Source of the DNA: Octopus bimaculoides
Taxonomy: Eukaryota
DNA: 64,000 nucleotides
NCBI RefSeq assembly: GCF_001194135.2
Contig: NC_068996.1
Span: 54,942,130-55,006,129, forward strand
Direction of reading: 5' to 3'
In this document: positions 36,401 to 48,377 of the stretch, piece after piece
How positions within the stretch are numbered: the stretch's first letter is position 1
How the letters are laid out: every line of letters begins with the position of its first letter
The notes under the pieces: generated by a model
The model's input: only the letters and a program-made list of their open reading frames with translations
The model's database searches: none
What the model was told of the DNA's origin: nothing
Position numbers and translations under genes: made by a program

Positions 36401-39400
36401 AAGCATGTAAAAGCCAGAACGGGAGGGGAAGTCTGAACCAACAGAAGGACTAGCTACTGATATTAGCTTGAGTATGGGCTTGTAGGATTATATAAGGAAG
36501 ATGGGAAAAGCAGCATATTCATTAGAGATAATAGCTGAGATGCTGAAGGTTTCACTTTTTTATGCTATGTCAACTGTCTCCCATACATGCTGAAAGATGT
36601 AAAATACTATTTAGCCTTTATTAAATATTATTCAGTGTTAAATAGGTTAAACCCGCCCCCACTGCTTTCGTGGATTCCCATGTCTCTCTATCACCATCCA
36701 ATTCCATTATGAATTTGAATTGGGAACTCGAGTCATAATGAATCTTTCATTGGCTGACTCCAACCATGGACACCACCCCTGTGGATGTGTTGCAGTTATT
36801 ATCTTGATACAGTTTGATGACCATTAAACTTCTAGGAATTCCTCTGCTCAGCATCAATGCAAGAAGCACCATTGCCTCAGCTGAACTCTTCACAATCTGA
36901 CATATGTCTTTGCCATATCCCATAGCAGAGTGGCTGAATGGGTGCTATGCCTTGCCAAAGGGCAGCCCATAACTATGCAGGGCATGGTTGTCACTCCATG
37001 CAGTAATTTTCAAAATCACGCATACTCAGAGGTTAAAACTTAGGTATTACACCATCCACTTCAAAAACTATGCCAAAGAAATATGATGCAGAAAGCATTA
37101 AATAACAAAGAAAATTTTCTAAGCTGCATGCAAAAAGTAGTAGTGAGAGTGCACAATGTCTATGTACAATTCATTCTACAGGGTGTCCACAAAGTCTGGG
37201 TACATGCGGATTAACACATACTTTGAGAAATTATTATTTTTTATATTTAATTGTTTATGTTATGATTTTATTTACTCCACGTAGCCAGACTTTGTGGACA
37301 CCCTGTAGTTTCTTCAGACTGCTAGTAACTTCCCCTCACACAGAGGCTTAGTAACTCTCCTATTACTACATCAGTGAGTGAAGATTAAATTGTTGAGGAT
37401 CACATTCCAGGGTGAAAAACTAGAGGTAGTCGATAGCTTCCGCTATCTGGGCGACCAAGTTAGTAGTGGGGGTGGGTGCGCTGAAAGTGTAGCTGCTAGA
37501 ATAAGAATAGCCTGGGCAAAGTTTAGAGAGCTCTTACCCCTGCTGGCGACAAAGGGACTCTCACTCAGAGTAAAAGGCAGACTGTATGACGCATGCGTAC
37601 GAACAACCATGCTACATGGCAGTGAAACATGGGCTGTAACTGCTGAGGACATACGTAAGCTTGCAAGGAATGAAGCCAGTATGCTCCGTTGGATGTGTAA
37701 TGTCAATGTGAATACCCGTCAGAGTGTAAGTATCTTGANNNNNNNNNNNNNNNNNNNNNNNNNNNNNNNNNNNNNNNNNNNNNNNNNNNNNNNNNNNNNN
37801 NNNNNNNNNNNNNNNNNNNNNNNNNNNNNNNNNNNNNNNNNNNNNNNNNNNNNNNNNNNNNNNNNNNNNNNNNNNNNNNNNNNNNNNNNNNNNNNNNNNN
37901 NNNNNNNNNNNNNNNNNNNNNNNNNNNNNNNNNNNNNNNNNNNNNNNNNNNNNNNNNNNNNNNNNNNNNNNNNNNNNNNNNNNNNNNNNNNNNNNNNNNN
38001 NNNNNNNNNNNNNNNNNNNNNNNNNNNNNNNNNNNNNNNNNNNNNNNNNNNNNNNNNNNNNNNNNNNNNNNNNNNNNNNNNNNNNNNNNNNNNNNNNNNN
38101 NNNNNNNNNNNNNNNNNNNNNNNNNNNNNNNNNNNNNNNNNNNNNNNNNNNNNNNNNNNNNNNNNNNNNNNNNNNNNNNNNNNNNNNNNNNNNNNNNNNN
38201 NCCATTTCGAGCGTGGCCGTTTTCGTGCGGGTGACAGGTAAAAGCACCCACTACACTCTCTGAGTGGTTGGCGTTAGGAAGGGCATCCAGCTGTAGAAAC
38301 TCTGCCAAATTAGATTGGAGCCTGGTGTTGCCATCCGGTTTCACCAGTCCTCAGTCAAATCGTCCAACCCATGCTAGCATGGAAAGCGGACGTTAAACGA
38401 TGATGATGATGATGATGAGTCATAAGATCATAATATTGGTCAATGACTAATATTTTTTTCCTTGCTATATAATTATTTCTAATTAGATATTTAGTATTCC
38501 AGATGGAGAATAAAATATAAACATTTGTATCTCTTACATTCTATCTAAAATGCAATTAAACCCTTTAGCATTTAATCCATCCATATCCGGCCCAAATATT
38601 CTACCTGTTCTATGTTCAAACTGATCAGATCCAGCCTCTCACACCTGCCCTACAATGTCAGTTACACATTATCAAAATCTCAAAGCTATGAGATAATGCA
38701 TGACTAATTCAAAACAATGTGAATAAATAAGAAGCATTACATCTAACACAGAAATTTGAATGGTAAAGGTTTAAGACATTTTTGTAACATCAGTTTCTGC
38801 ATATAACACGGTTTTATATTTAATAGCAAGGCCAAAAAGACTGAACCTATGAAGTTAACATAGCTCCAATATACTGATATGGTAAAGATGCTTAACTGTG
38901 TCCATCCCCCTGATAATAAGCTCAATGTGGAGGTGCAATACACTGCCGTAAGTAACAAACACTGAATAGACAATATTTCCTTAGGTTGCCAACTTTGAAT
39001 TGCCTTATTCCTCCAATCTATATTCAGCTCAGTTGAGGGATCTTATTTTGTGGTTACTTAGTGACCCTGCCAGTTGGTGCTGGTGCCACATAAAAAAGCA
39101 CCCAGTACAGATGTTAAGTGGTTGGTGCTAGGAAGAGCATCCAGCCATTGAAGCCATACCAAAGCAGATGCAGAACCTGGCAGAACCTTCCGGCTTGTCT
39201 GTTCTGGTCAAACCATCTAACCCATGGAGAAAAGGATGTTAGATAATGAAGATGATAATGAATGTCAAGTCTCTATAAAATCATTGAATGAATGAACCTT
39301 TAGTGGCATACCAAAATTCCAGTCAAGTCAAAATGACAAAAGCCAAATATACACAATACTAACAGTGAACTGATACAGAAATAAGGCTCAGATCGCTTTA

Positions 39401-42400
39401 ACCCTTTCGTTACCAAACCGCCCAAAGCCGCCCGAAAAAAATTTTGGTTCATGTGACCAAGCCGCCCAAAACCGCCCGTAATCACCTATTCATATTTAAA
39501 TGAGAATATCTGAGCAAATCTCATTAGTACATTCGTGAAAACACGTGATTATTTGTGTAAACAGTTCAGCTATAGTTTTGTACGACGATCAACATGTTTT
39601 TTTAATTTTGTGAATTTTGGGAGATTTTTTTCCAAATTTGTTCCTGTTGTGTTTTCAAAATTTGTAATCCTGACAAAAAAATGGATACGAATTTTATTCT
39701 GTCAAGCAGCGAGTCAGAATTCGAAGTATTTNNNNNNNNNNNNNNNNNNNNNNNNNNNNNNNNNNNNNNNNNNNNNNNNNNNNNNNNNNNNNNNNNNNNN
39801 NNNNNNNNNNNNNNNNNNNNNNNNNNNNNNNNNNNNNNNNNNNNNNNNNNNNNNNNNNNNNNNNNNNNNNNNNNNNNNNNNNNNNNNNNNNNNNNNNNNN
39901 NNNNNNNNNNNNNNNNNNNNNNNNNNNNNNNNNNNNNNNNNNNNNNNNNNNNNNNNNNNNNNNNNNNNNNNNNNNNNNNNNNNNNNNNNNNNNNNNNNNN
40001 NNNNNNNNNNNNNNNNNNNNNNNNNNNNNNNNNNNNNNNNNNNNNNNNNNNNNNNNNNNNNNNNNNNNNNNNNNNNNNNNNNNNNNNNNNNNNNNNNNNN
40101 NNNNNNNNNNNNNNNNNNNNNNNNNNNNNNNNNNNNNNNNNNNNNNNNNNNNNNNNNNNNNNNNNNNNNNNNNNNNNNNNNNNNNNNNNNNNNNNNNNNN
40201 NNNNNNNNNNNNNNNNNNNNNNNNNNNNNNNNNNNNNNNNNNNNNNNNNNNNNNNNNNNNNNNNNNNNNNNNNNNNNNNNNNNNNNNNNNNNNNNNNNNN
40301 NNNNNNNNNNNNNNNNNNNNNNNNNNNNNNNNNNNNNNNNNNNNNNNNNNNNNNNNNNNNNNNNNNNNNNNNNNNNNNNNNNNNNNNNNNNNNNNNNNNN
40401 NNNNNNNNNNNNNNNNNNNNNNNNNNNNNNNNNNNNNNNNNNNNNNNNNNNNNNNNNNNNNNNNNNNNNNNNNNNNNNNNNNNNNNNNNNNNNNNNNNNN
40501 NNNNNNNNNNNNNNNNNNNNNNNNNNNNNNNNNNNNNNNNNNNNNNNNNNNNNNNNNNNNNNNNNNNNNNNNNNNNNNNNNNNNNNNNNNNNNNNNNNNN
40601 NNNNNNNNNNNNNNNNNNNNNNNNNNNNNNNNNNNNNNNNNNNNNNNNNNNNNNNNNNNCAATTGAATATTAGCTAATAACCCATTTTCTATAGCGATGT
40701 TTGAACAAAAATTTAAATAATTTTATATTTTGTTGAATTTACCTGTATTTACCTGTAATTAAAGTCACTTTGTGACAAAAATTTTGGTATAGAATTGGTT
40801 GAGAACCTTTCGTTAATTTATCTTCCAAAAATCACATTAATATGTTGATAAATAAAAAAGTTAGAGTTGTTTAATGAAACCAGCCTAAATTTATGATTAT
40901 GTTAGAAATTAATTGAAACACATAAGGGGTGTAATTTGGTTAGAAATATGGTAACGAAAGGGTTAAATATAATTCCACAAATGGCCATTTAGACTGTTTC
41001 AAGATTAATTTTATATGCCATCCTTCAAAAAAGTAAACTGATGTGAGGAAGAAGATAATGAGTTGAGCCTTGAACTCATGAACCGAGTTCAAATCCACTT
41101 AGGTATTTCTTTCCCTATGATTCGAAATAACTCTGCTCTCTTCTACAGAAATATTAACACTGTTGACTCTAAAGCAGAGACTTTATGAATCTCTGAGGTT
41201 TACAGAAATATTCATTGTTTTTTTTACTGTATCCTTATTTTCTTTAACAAGATCAGTATCACCAACGTTCCTGAAACTAATGTTAAGTTGTATAAAAAAA
41301 TTCCCTAAAAGTAGATTAAATTAATAGAAAAATCCATTTTTCTGGTAATATATTAATTAATTCAAAATCTATTACAAAATAGAAGTCAGTATAATGAGAT
41401 TACTTGATCTAAAAAATATCTAAAGTATATTTTAATAATTAATCAAGTTATTCAGAGAAATATACTCACTGCTTCAGAATTATCCACAAAGGGATCGGTT
41501 TCATCATAACCTTCACCAAGATCAACTAAATCTTGGATAGCATCAAGCCGTTTGCTTTGAGGTTTATTGTGCTTGGGTCCCTGAAAAAAAAAAAATAAAT
41601 AAATAAAAATTAATACATATTAACTATGCAATAATATTTTTAGTAAAAACATTGAATTCACTAGTAATGTCTCTAACAATAAATTTACTAAACAGAAATA
41701 AAAGGAAAGAAAAAAAGAGATTGGGAGAGAAAAAAGGTGAGGGCAATTTTAATAAACTTCCTTTTGAATTAATCGAAATCATTTGTACATGAACTTATAT
41801 TTAAAAGAAGGAAAATTTTCTGAGTGTACAAATTTTAAGTATTCTAATATATCACACATAAGCATGGCTGTGCGGTAAGAAGTTTGCTTCTCAACCACAT
41901 GGTTTCAGGTTCAGTATTACTGCATGGCTGGAAGTGCAATTGTCTTCTACTATAGCACCTTGTGAGTGGGTTTAATTGATAGAAACTGAAAGAAGTCCAT
42001 TGCGTGTATCTCACCTTGCCTTGACATTTAAAATTAGTGTAATAGTCATAAAAGAGATGTCCTTCATTTCCAATCATTGAAAATATAGGATGAGTAAGAC
42101 ATCTGACCACAGAAAATCTGCTTCAACAAACTCCATCCAACCCATGCAAGCAAGGAAAAGTGGACATTAAAATGATGAACGGTAACACATACATATGTCT
42201 ATTCGTTCATCATTCTCATCCACATCGGAATAGGTTAGACAAAAACTTACATACAGTCAGCCAGACTCTCTTCCTATTGCTATCCCTTAATTATTTTACA
42301 AGTCAAGTATTTTCCATTTCACTCGCCCTGATATGTGGACAACAAGAAAAACACTCAACTGTGCAATTTTTGTTTTTCTGATGAACAAAAACAACATAAC

Positions 42401-43255
42401 TGATTTTGTCCAAATAGTGTTAAAAGTAGATACATGGAATCAACATTCACACAAACAAGACAACCTTCCACTTGTTTTCATTCACCCATTCCAATTACAG
42501 TGCATTGGTCAGCCCAATGCTATAGTAGAAGACACTACTTCAAAATGATACCCACAGCATGACTGAACCCCGAACCAACATAACAATAGTCTTTGTAACC
42601 ACATTGCCGCAGATGCAAAAATGGCTATAGAAGTGTTGCCTGGAAAAAAAGTGTACTAGGATGAAAAATGTAGGGACAGAATCTGGGAATATTTTGAAGT
42701 AATGAACGTGGAAAAGTACAGAACAAGCAATAATTAAGCCTGGAAAAGTATACAAAAGGCAAGAAAAACTTAGGGATAAAACATTTCTCTCCAATTTTTA
42801 GTACTGTATTATTTAAATTTTATTTTCTTAACAAAACTCATTATCCAAATATTTTAAATCACAGATATTGTGTTATAAAATTAAACTCAGAAGAGGCGTA
42901 GTGGTATCATAGGAAGGTTAACAGAGAAAGTTATCTTTGTTAGCGACAGAGGTGGTTTCAGTCAGGTTGGTATAAAAAGGGTTACGGATTGTTTCTCTAG
43001 GATATATTTTAACCCTTTTGTTACCATATTTCTGTTGAGATGTTCTGTGTTTCTTTCAATTAATTTTAGATATAACAAAGAATTTAGTAAAATAACTTAG
43101 TTATCATTCAGCTAGTGTTAGGAACATAAATTGTGACTAAGGTTTGGTGGAAGATTTTAATTCAGAACTTATGAAAACAAGACATTTGTACTGCAAAACC
43201 AGAGGCAGATTGGCATCAAAAGGGTTAACATAGTTTTACTTTGGGGCAATTACTC

Positions 43256-43297
<42 letters not shown>

Positions 43298-46200
43298 ATG
43301 GTACCTTGGGCAAGTATCTTCTACTATAGCTTCGGGTTGTGTGTGTACATGCATATTTGAGTTTGTCCCCCACCACTGCCTGACAACCAGTGTTGGGTAT
43401 GTTTACATCCCCATGACTTATCAGTTCAGCAAAAGAGTGATTGAATAAATACTAGGCTTTAAAAAATGAGGGCATTCTTTTGTTAGTAGCAGCAAACTTG
43501 TCAAAAACAGCTGTTCTTGTTTGTTAATTTCCGTAAATTTTTTTTTTTATTTCTTTACTCTTCTTTGAGGGGTGAGCAAAAATTGAAAGAGAAGATCGTG
43601 AAAATGCGATATTTGCTTTGAAGTGCAAGCAGGAAGTTGAGAAAGTGAAAGATGTATGTACATGTATATGAAATGGACATGAATATGTGTGAGAGAGAGA
43701 GAGAGAAAAAGAGAGTGTGAGTGAGCGAGGTGTGTGTTGTCATGTATGCATTTTTTGCATGTATATGTAAGCACTCACTTGCTTTCTCACATACACACAC
43801 AAACACACATCTTTCATATACATGTACATACATAAATACATATGCATACATCTTTTTTGTATACGTGTGCAAGTGTGTGTGTGTGTGTGTAAGTGTCACT
43901 CACACACTCACACACACACACACACACACACACAAAAGATGCATGTATGTACGTGTATATTAAAAAATGAGAATTCTTTACAGAAATTAATGAACAAAAC
44001 TGCTGTTATTTCTGACAAGTCTATTGCTAGAAATGAAAGAATGCCAAAATAAGAACTGATGTTGATTCATTCAACTAAGATTCTTCAAGGTGGTGCCCCA
44101 GCATGGCCACAGATTAATGGCTGAAACAAGTAAAAGACACACACACACACAGCTCATCATCATGTGTTGTGGTTTTTCCATTTTTCTTTCAATTTATTTT
44201 GTCACTTCTTCACTTCCATAGTGAGATAGAACATACTCTAAATTCTCACTTTCTTTAGAATTATTTTTTACATTTTCATGTGAAACATTTGAGATTGAAC
44301 AATGGGTTTTTTTCCCCCTCAGGAAATGTATTGTGAAATGTTTGATTAAACTATTTAAAAGAAATGAAGGAAACCAAAAATGCAAACGAATATAATCTCT
44401 GGAGCTTCAATAAAATTACAACACACATCAGATGTATGTAGTAACACTATAGAAACAAGGGAAGTGTGTATGTACATGGTAATCACTCATCTCCATTTCA
44501 ATAAATGATTTAATTTTATTAATGTCTCTTTCTTTGTGATAATATTAAATATATCTCTCATCTTACAGGATTTCAATCTTCACCAAGACTCATTGAATTA
44601 ATTTCCCATGCAAATTGAAGAACAACTGTATATATACGCTTATATACATAAAATCACATTTATGCTGATATGTATGGCTGACATCATCCACAAGTTCACG
44701 TTACAATGTATAACAATGCAATACATCTGTATAGATATACAAATATATTCATACACATGTACATTCAAATACACAAACATACAAATGCATTCATAAAAAC
44801 AGTAAGCAACATTAACATAGTGTACAGCAAAGTGCATTATTTAATCACACAAATTATACCATTTAACTTGGATAATGAAGATAGATTTTGGCCCTTATTG
44901 GTCAAAATCTATAACTTAATAACCACCACTTTGAATAGTCTTCCTTTTAAGTCATATCTTAAAAACATTACACGCCATCCATTGTTTGTTAAATGGCATC
45001 CCAGTGTTGATGATCTGTCTTTTTTCCTTTGATTTACTTTAGAATAACGGTGAATAATAAGGCTGGACCAGTCGAGATAAAAAAAATCGTGTTAGGATGT
45101 TATTTGATTTTTGCCATGAGAGTGAGTTATATGGCATGGGAATGATACAATGAGTGAGTTGTGAAAATGATACCATCATTTATACATTGTTAATGGAATA
45201 TTTTCCCCATTATACAAATAATGTGGCTGGAGAGAATAAAACCCAAGAATATTAAGGTGATTCCAATACTCAAGGATTCGTCTATGGAGTGTCTAAATTC
45301 TCATAAAGTCTTTTGTGGAAAAGACCATTGTGGCTGACAATATTCAAAATCTACCCAGGCAAACATAGAGAATAGAAGGGTGGTGGTATCAGGTCCTTGT
45401 GCCACCAGCCCTAGTGAATCTCCCTTTTCATTTTAAAACACACACACATACACACTCACGGTCAGTTCAGATAACTGCATTTCATATCTACAATTTCAGA
45501 AATAATTTCACAGTTTATCAGTTTATCTTTTATCTTTCACATGCGTTGACTGTGGGCATGTTGGGGCACCATCTTTAAGGGTTTAGTCACACAAACTGCC
45601 CCTAGTATGAATTTTTAAACTTGGTACTTATTCGTATCAATGTCTTTTGCTGAAGTACTAAGTTACAGGGACATAAACCAACACTGATTATTGGGTGGGG
45701 AGCAAGACATGCACACATAAAATGGGCTTCTTTCACTCTCCATCTACCAAATCCACTCACAAGGCTTTGGTCAGCAAGGGATATAGTAGAAGACAATTGC
45801 CCAAAGTACCATCCAATGAAAGTGAATCTGGAACCATGTGCTTGGGAATCAAGCTTCTTACCACACAGCCATGCTTATATTAATTTACTTGTTTCAGTCA
45901 TTTGACTACAGCCATGCTGGAGCACAGCCTTTAGTCAAACAAATTGACCTCAGGACTTATTTTTGTAAGCCTAGAACTTATTCCACCAGTATCTTTTGCT
46001 GAACCGCTAAGTTACAGGGATGTAAACACACCAACTGATTGTGAAGCAGTGGTGGGGGGACAAGTACAGACACACACACATATATACATACACATACATA
46101 CATACGGACACATAAAAGGTCCAGCAATATCAAAAGAAGGTTAACCGGGAAAATAGTTTTTGTGTAGCAGATGCACTGGGGCAATAAACACTGAAGATGT

Positions 46201-47618
46201 ACAGAAAACAGATTCCATCACATGCTAAGGGGAAGAAACTAGATGTACTTAATAGCCTCTGTAACCTAGGCAATCAAGTCTGTAGTAGGGGTGGTTGCTC
46301 TGATAGTGTAGTGACTAGAGTAAGAATAACTTGGGCAAAGTTCAAGGAGCTCCTACCTCTGCTGACAACTAAGGGCCTCTCACTCAGGGTGAAAGGTAGA
46401 CTATAACATGCATATGTGCAAACTGCCATGCTACATGGCAGTGAAACATGGACCATGAATGCTGAGGACATGCGTGGGCTTGAAAGAAATGAAGCTAGTA
46501 TGCTCTGCTGGATGTGTAATGTCAGTGTTCACACAGGACAGAGTATGAGCGTCCTGAGAGAAAAGTTGGACGTAAGAAACAGCAGATGTGGTGTACAGGA
46601 GAGACAACTGTGCTGGTATGGTCATGTGTTACGTATGGATTAGAACAGCTGTGTGAGGAAGTGTCATTCCCTAACTGTATAAAGAACATTTGGAAGAGGT
46701 AGACCGAGGAAGCATGACCTTCGAACATTGGGCCTCATAAAGGCAATGACAGGAGACTGGAACCTTTGTAGATGCACTGTGATGGAGAAGGCCCGGCAAC
46801 TAAAGTGAGATTGCAGCTACGCATGTCCAGCCCTGTTAAGAATACTCCTGATGTGTTGGGCGATATGATATGCTTGAGAAGACTTGTTGAGTCAAGTGAA
46901 ACCAATAATGTAGCTGGGGCCGGTGCCCACTGGCTGGCTCCCGTGCCGATGGCAAGTAAAAAGCACCATCCGAACATGGTCGATGCCAGGTCCGCCTGAC
47001 TGGCTCCTGTGCAAATGGCACATAAAAAGCACCATCTGAACACGATTGTTGCCAGGCCCACCCTACTGGCTCCTGTGCCAGTGGCACGTAAAAAGCACTC
47101 ACTACACTCTTGGAGTGGTTGGCGTTAGAAAGGACATCCAGCTGCAGAAACATTGCCAGATCAGACTGGAGCCTGGTGTAGCTGCTTGCTCTCCAGACCT
47201 CAGTCAAACTGCCGAACCCATGCCAGCATGGAAAACGGACGTTAATTGATGATGATGATACATACATCTACATACATACATATATGTACACATGCATATA
47301 TGTACACACACACACGACAGGCTTTTTCCAGTTTCCGTCTACCAAATCCACTCACAAGGCTTTGGTTGGCTTGAGGCTGTAGTTCACACTCACCCAAAGT
47401 GCCATGCAGTGGGACTGAACCCGGAACCTAGTGGTTGAGAAGCAAGTTTCTTACCACACAACCACTCCTGCATCTATACATTAATATTTAAAAAATAAAA
47501 ATGGTAAATAGATACTCACATATCTTTCTTCAAAGGATTTTGCTAAAGCCACCAATCTTTCATTTTCATTCTGATCTTCAAGGTCAAAATCATTTGGGTC
47601 AGTATTTTTACAATCTCC
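15425..47618 (-). CDS. UBN1: Ubinuclein (UBN1/UBN2/yemanuclein-like), multi-exon and partial: 5' exon(s) not found, 3' end ambiguous
   Basis: 12 exons with GT-AG ends and consistent phases: 47520-47618, 41470-41580, 36004-36147, 27862-27918, 25845-25948, 24396-24747, 24202-24269, 23443-23609, 20555-20633, 19806-19925, 19186-19230, 15425-18189. The peptide [51 protein letters not shown] matches the HUN/HRD signature. [32 protein letters not shown] matches the middle domain. UBN1 versus UBN2 cannot be distinguished. Confidence 0.95.
19186..19230 (-). CDS. UBN1: Ubinuclein exon K (45 nt): [14 protein letters not shown](Q)
   Basis: ttttctcag acceptor, gtaagt donor, phase 2-2; resembles the LFKESRxxHxxLTS segment. 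Confidence 0.82.
19806..19925 (-). CDS. UBN1: Ubinuclein exon J (120 nt): [39 protein letters not shown](R)
   Basis: attatag acceptor, gtatag donor, phase 2-2; acidic tract then a F/Y-x-W-N-D/E motif. Confidence 0.88.
20555..20633 (-). CDS. UBN1: Ubinuclein exon I (79 nt): (A)[25 protein letters not shown](F)
   Basis: atttcag acceptor, gtaagt donor, phase 1-2; resembles the MPEQxxKYxxEC segment. Confidence 0.88.
21229..21592 (-). mobile_element. RTE LINE 3' UTR fragment (intronic)
   Basis: (CAT)n, ccatgctagcatgg and subrepeat units; near-identical in layout to 7851-8178. Confidence 0.88.
22480..23010 (+). mobile_element. Pyrimidine-rich element ending in an RTE-like tail
   Basis: CT-rich head, then gttacttggtgaccctgcc..aggaaaggcacccagc..(GAT)n; related minus-strand copies near 30970-31480 and 33770-34200. 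Confidence 0.5.
23443..23609 (-). CDS. UBN1: Ubinuclein exon H (167 nt): [55 protein letters not shown]
   Basis: ccatag acceptor, gtcagt donor; conserved LxAFxPCxKETLxKRxKKL motif. Confidence 0.93.
24202..24269 (-). CDS. UBN1: Ubinuclein exon G (68 nt): [22 protein letters not shown](E)
   Basis: tttatag acceptor, gtaagt donor; resembles the middle-domain KKFF..NxxLLD motif. Confidence 0.9.
24396..24747 (-). CDS. UBN1: Ubinuclein exon F (352 nt): [15 protein letters not shown]...[21 protein letters not shown]
   Basis: tttag acceptor, gttagt donor; lies within track ORF 24375-24779. Confidence 0.85.
24850..25651 (-). mobile_element. piggyBac transposase fossil with 5' TIR
   Basis: TTAA (25652-25655) then CCCTTTAGTATTC. 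Minus-strand remnants: acidic [51 protein letters not shown]; multiple stops. Confidence 0.8.
25845..25948 (-). CDS. UBN1: Ubinuclein exon E (104 nt): [34 protein letters not shown](R)
   Basis: cttgcag acceptor. Donor AG|gtgatg was chosen because it gives the phase 2 needed by the next exon; an upstream A|gtaaag donor (exon end 25861) would be phase 1. Confidence 0.7.
27862..27918 (-). CDS. UBN1: Ubinuclein exon D (57 nt): [19 protein letters not shown]
   Basis: ttttcag acceptor, gtaagc donor, phase 0-0, open frame. Confidence 0.8.
29050..29560 (+). mobile_element. Possible ancient RTE-like LINE 3' fragment
   Basis: Only a weak GHVMQHHDD remnant resembling the RT C-terminal WxGHVxR motif. 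Confidence 0.3.
29891..30898 (+). mobile_element. Helentron/DINE-1-like non-autonomous element (contains an N gap and other inserts)
   Basis: 5' actagc..cccggctttgcccggg; 3' aaattggttgcgtagttctcgagtt, (GACA)n, tttttatatatatagat, a layout typical of HINE/DINE-1-like elements. Confidence 0.55.
33320..33455. repeat. (GA)n microsatellite
   Basis: Direct reading. Confidence 0.95.
36004..36147 (-). CDS. UBN1: Ubinuclein exon C (144 nt): [48 protein letters not shown]
   Basis: ttttag acceptor, gtaatt donor; GGFYINSG motif followed by a basic NLS-like KKRKK. Confidence 0.95.
37179..37305. mobile_element. 127-bp Tc1/mariner-type MITE
   Basis: 21-bp perfect TIR CAGGGTGTCCACAAAGTCTGG with TA on both sides. 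Confidence 0.9.
37387..38417 (+). mobile_element. Young 5'-truncated RTE LINE copy spanning an N gap
   Basis: Uninterrupted [60 protein letters not shown]; intact tail with (GAT)n. Confidence 0.93.
38560..38770. mobile_element. Degenerate piggyBac-type MITE
   Basis: TTAA(A)CCCTTTAGCATT ... AATGGTAAAGGT-TTAA. Confidence 0.6.
39402..40962 (+). mobile_element. piggyBac element, about 1.56 kb, mostly N gap
   Basis: 14-bp perfect TIR CCCTTTCGTTACCA; TTAA at 39398-39401 and 40963-40966; ORF start [17 protein letters not shown] at 39681. Confidence 0.88.
39732..40659. other. Assembly gap (largest of six)
   Basis: N runs at 3962-4476, 30289-30537, 37739-38201, 39732-40659, 52951-53643 and 59745-59754; most fall inside transposons. 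Confidence 1.
41470..41580 (-). CDS. UBN1: Ubinuclein exon B (111 nt): [37 protein letters not shown]
   Basis: Long poly-T then cag acceptor, gtgagt donor, phase 0-0; HRD core GYDExDxFxDNSEA. Confidence 0.95.
41861..42180 (+). mobile_element. SINE with family-1 head/core and an RTE-derived 3' tail
   Basis: gcatggctgtgcggtaag head and gaaactgaaagaagtcc core, ending ccaacccatgcaagcaaggaaaagtggacattaaaatgatga. Confidence 0.7.
43013..43224. mobile_element. 212-bp piggyBac MITE
   Basis: TTAA-CCCTTTTGTTACCATATTTCT ... CAAAAGGG-TTAA; left end matches the reverse complement of the 40962 end of the larger piggyBac. Confidence 0.85.
45533..45877 (-). mobile_element. SINE family 1, diverged copy
   Basis: Collinear with the family consensus in reverse. 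Confidence 0.8.
45882..47477 (-). mobile_element. SINE family 1 split by an RTE insertion
   Basis: 3' half 45882-46125 and head about 47315-47477. Confidence 0.82.
46125..47258 (+). mobile_element. 5'-truncated RTE LINE copy inside a SINE
   Basis: [29 protein letters not shown]; LHGSETW; WYGHVLRMD; (GAT)n tail. Confidence 0.9.
47520..47618 (-). CDS. UBN1: Ubinuclein exon A (99 nt): [33 protein letters not shown]
   Basis: ttttccag acceptor, gtgagt donor, phase 0-0; resembles the ubinuclein LARKFEEKY motif. Confidence 0.9.
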
Positions 47619-47864
47619 CTGGAAAATGTACATTAAATGGAAATGTAAGTTTTTTATTTTTTTAATTTATTAAAAACATAAACAAATATTAAAAAAAACG
47701 AACAATAAATCATGAAAGCTTCATATATCTAATCTCATCTTAAAAAAGGATTACACAAAATAATTGTGTTCACAGAATTCCAAAAAAGGAAGGAAATAAT
47801 GAAAAAAAAAAAATCTCCAGAAAACTACAATAAGCAGTGCATTCAATGATAATTTTCATTATAC

Positions 47865-48085
47865 TATAATCCTTTCTACTATAGGCACAAGGCCTGAAAT
47901 TTGGGGGGAGGGGACTAGTTGATTATATTGACCCCAGTGTTTCACTGGTACTTAATTTATCAACCCCCAATAGGATGAAAGGTAAAGTCAATCTTGCCAG
48001 AATTTAAACTCAGAACGTAGCAACAGACAAAATACCACCAAGCACTTTGCCCGGCATGCTAACGATTCTGCCAGCTCCCCCCTCC
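47865..48085 (-). mobile_element. tRNA-derived SINE family 2
   Basis: Reverse complement gagctggcagaatcgttagcatgccgggcaaagtgcttgg..gactttacctttcatcc; same family as 50345-50535 and 63610-63832. Confidence 0.8.
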
Positions 48086-48377
48086 GCCTTTCTGTCATAT
48101 TTAATAATGATAGTTGTATTCACAGTGATTAATATAAACTGATACAGGAATTTACAGATTTTAAGAATAATGTTGGCAAAAAAGAGAACGAAGATGAATT
48201 GATAATGAGGAACATTGAGTAGAGGTAATGATAAAAATATTAATGAATATACAAAATGAGAACATTTCTAGTAGCATGGGAGGATAATAGGTTGAATATC
48301 CTCTATGAATATGTTGAAAAGTTTTTCAATATCATTGTGGAGTGATGGGATTTCAGAGCTTTTCCATTGAAAAGGTT

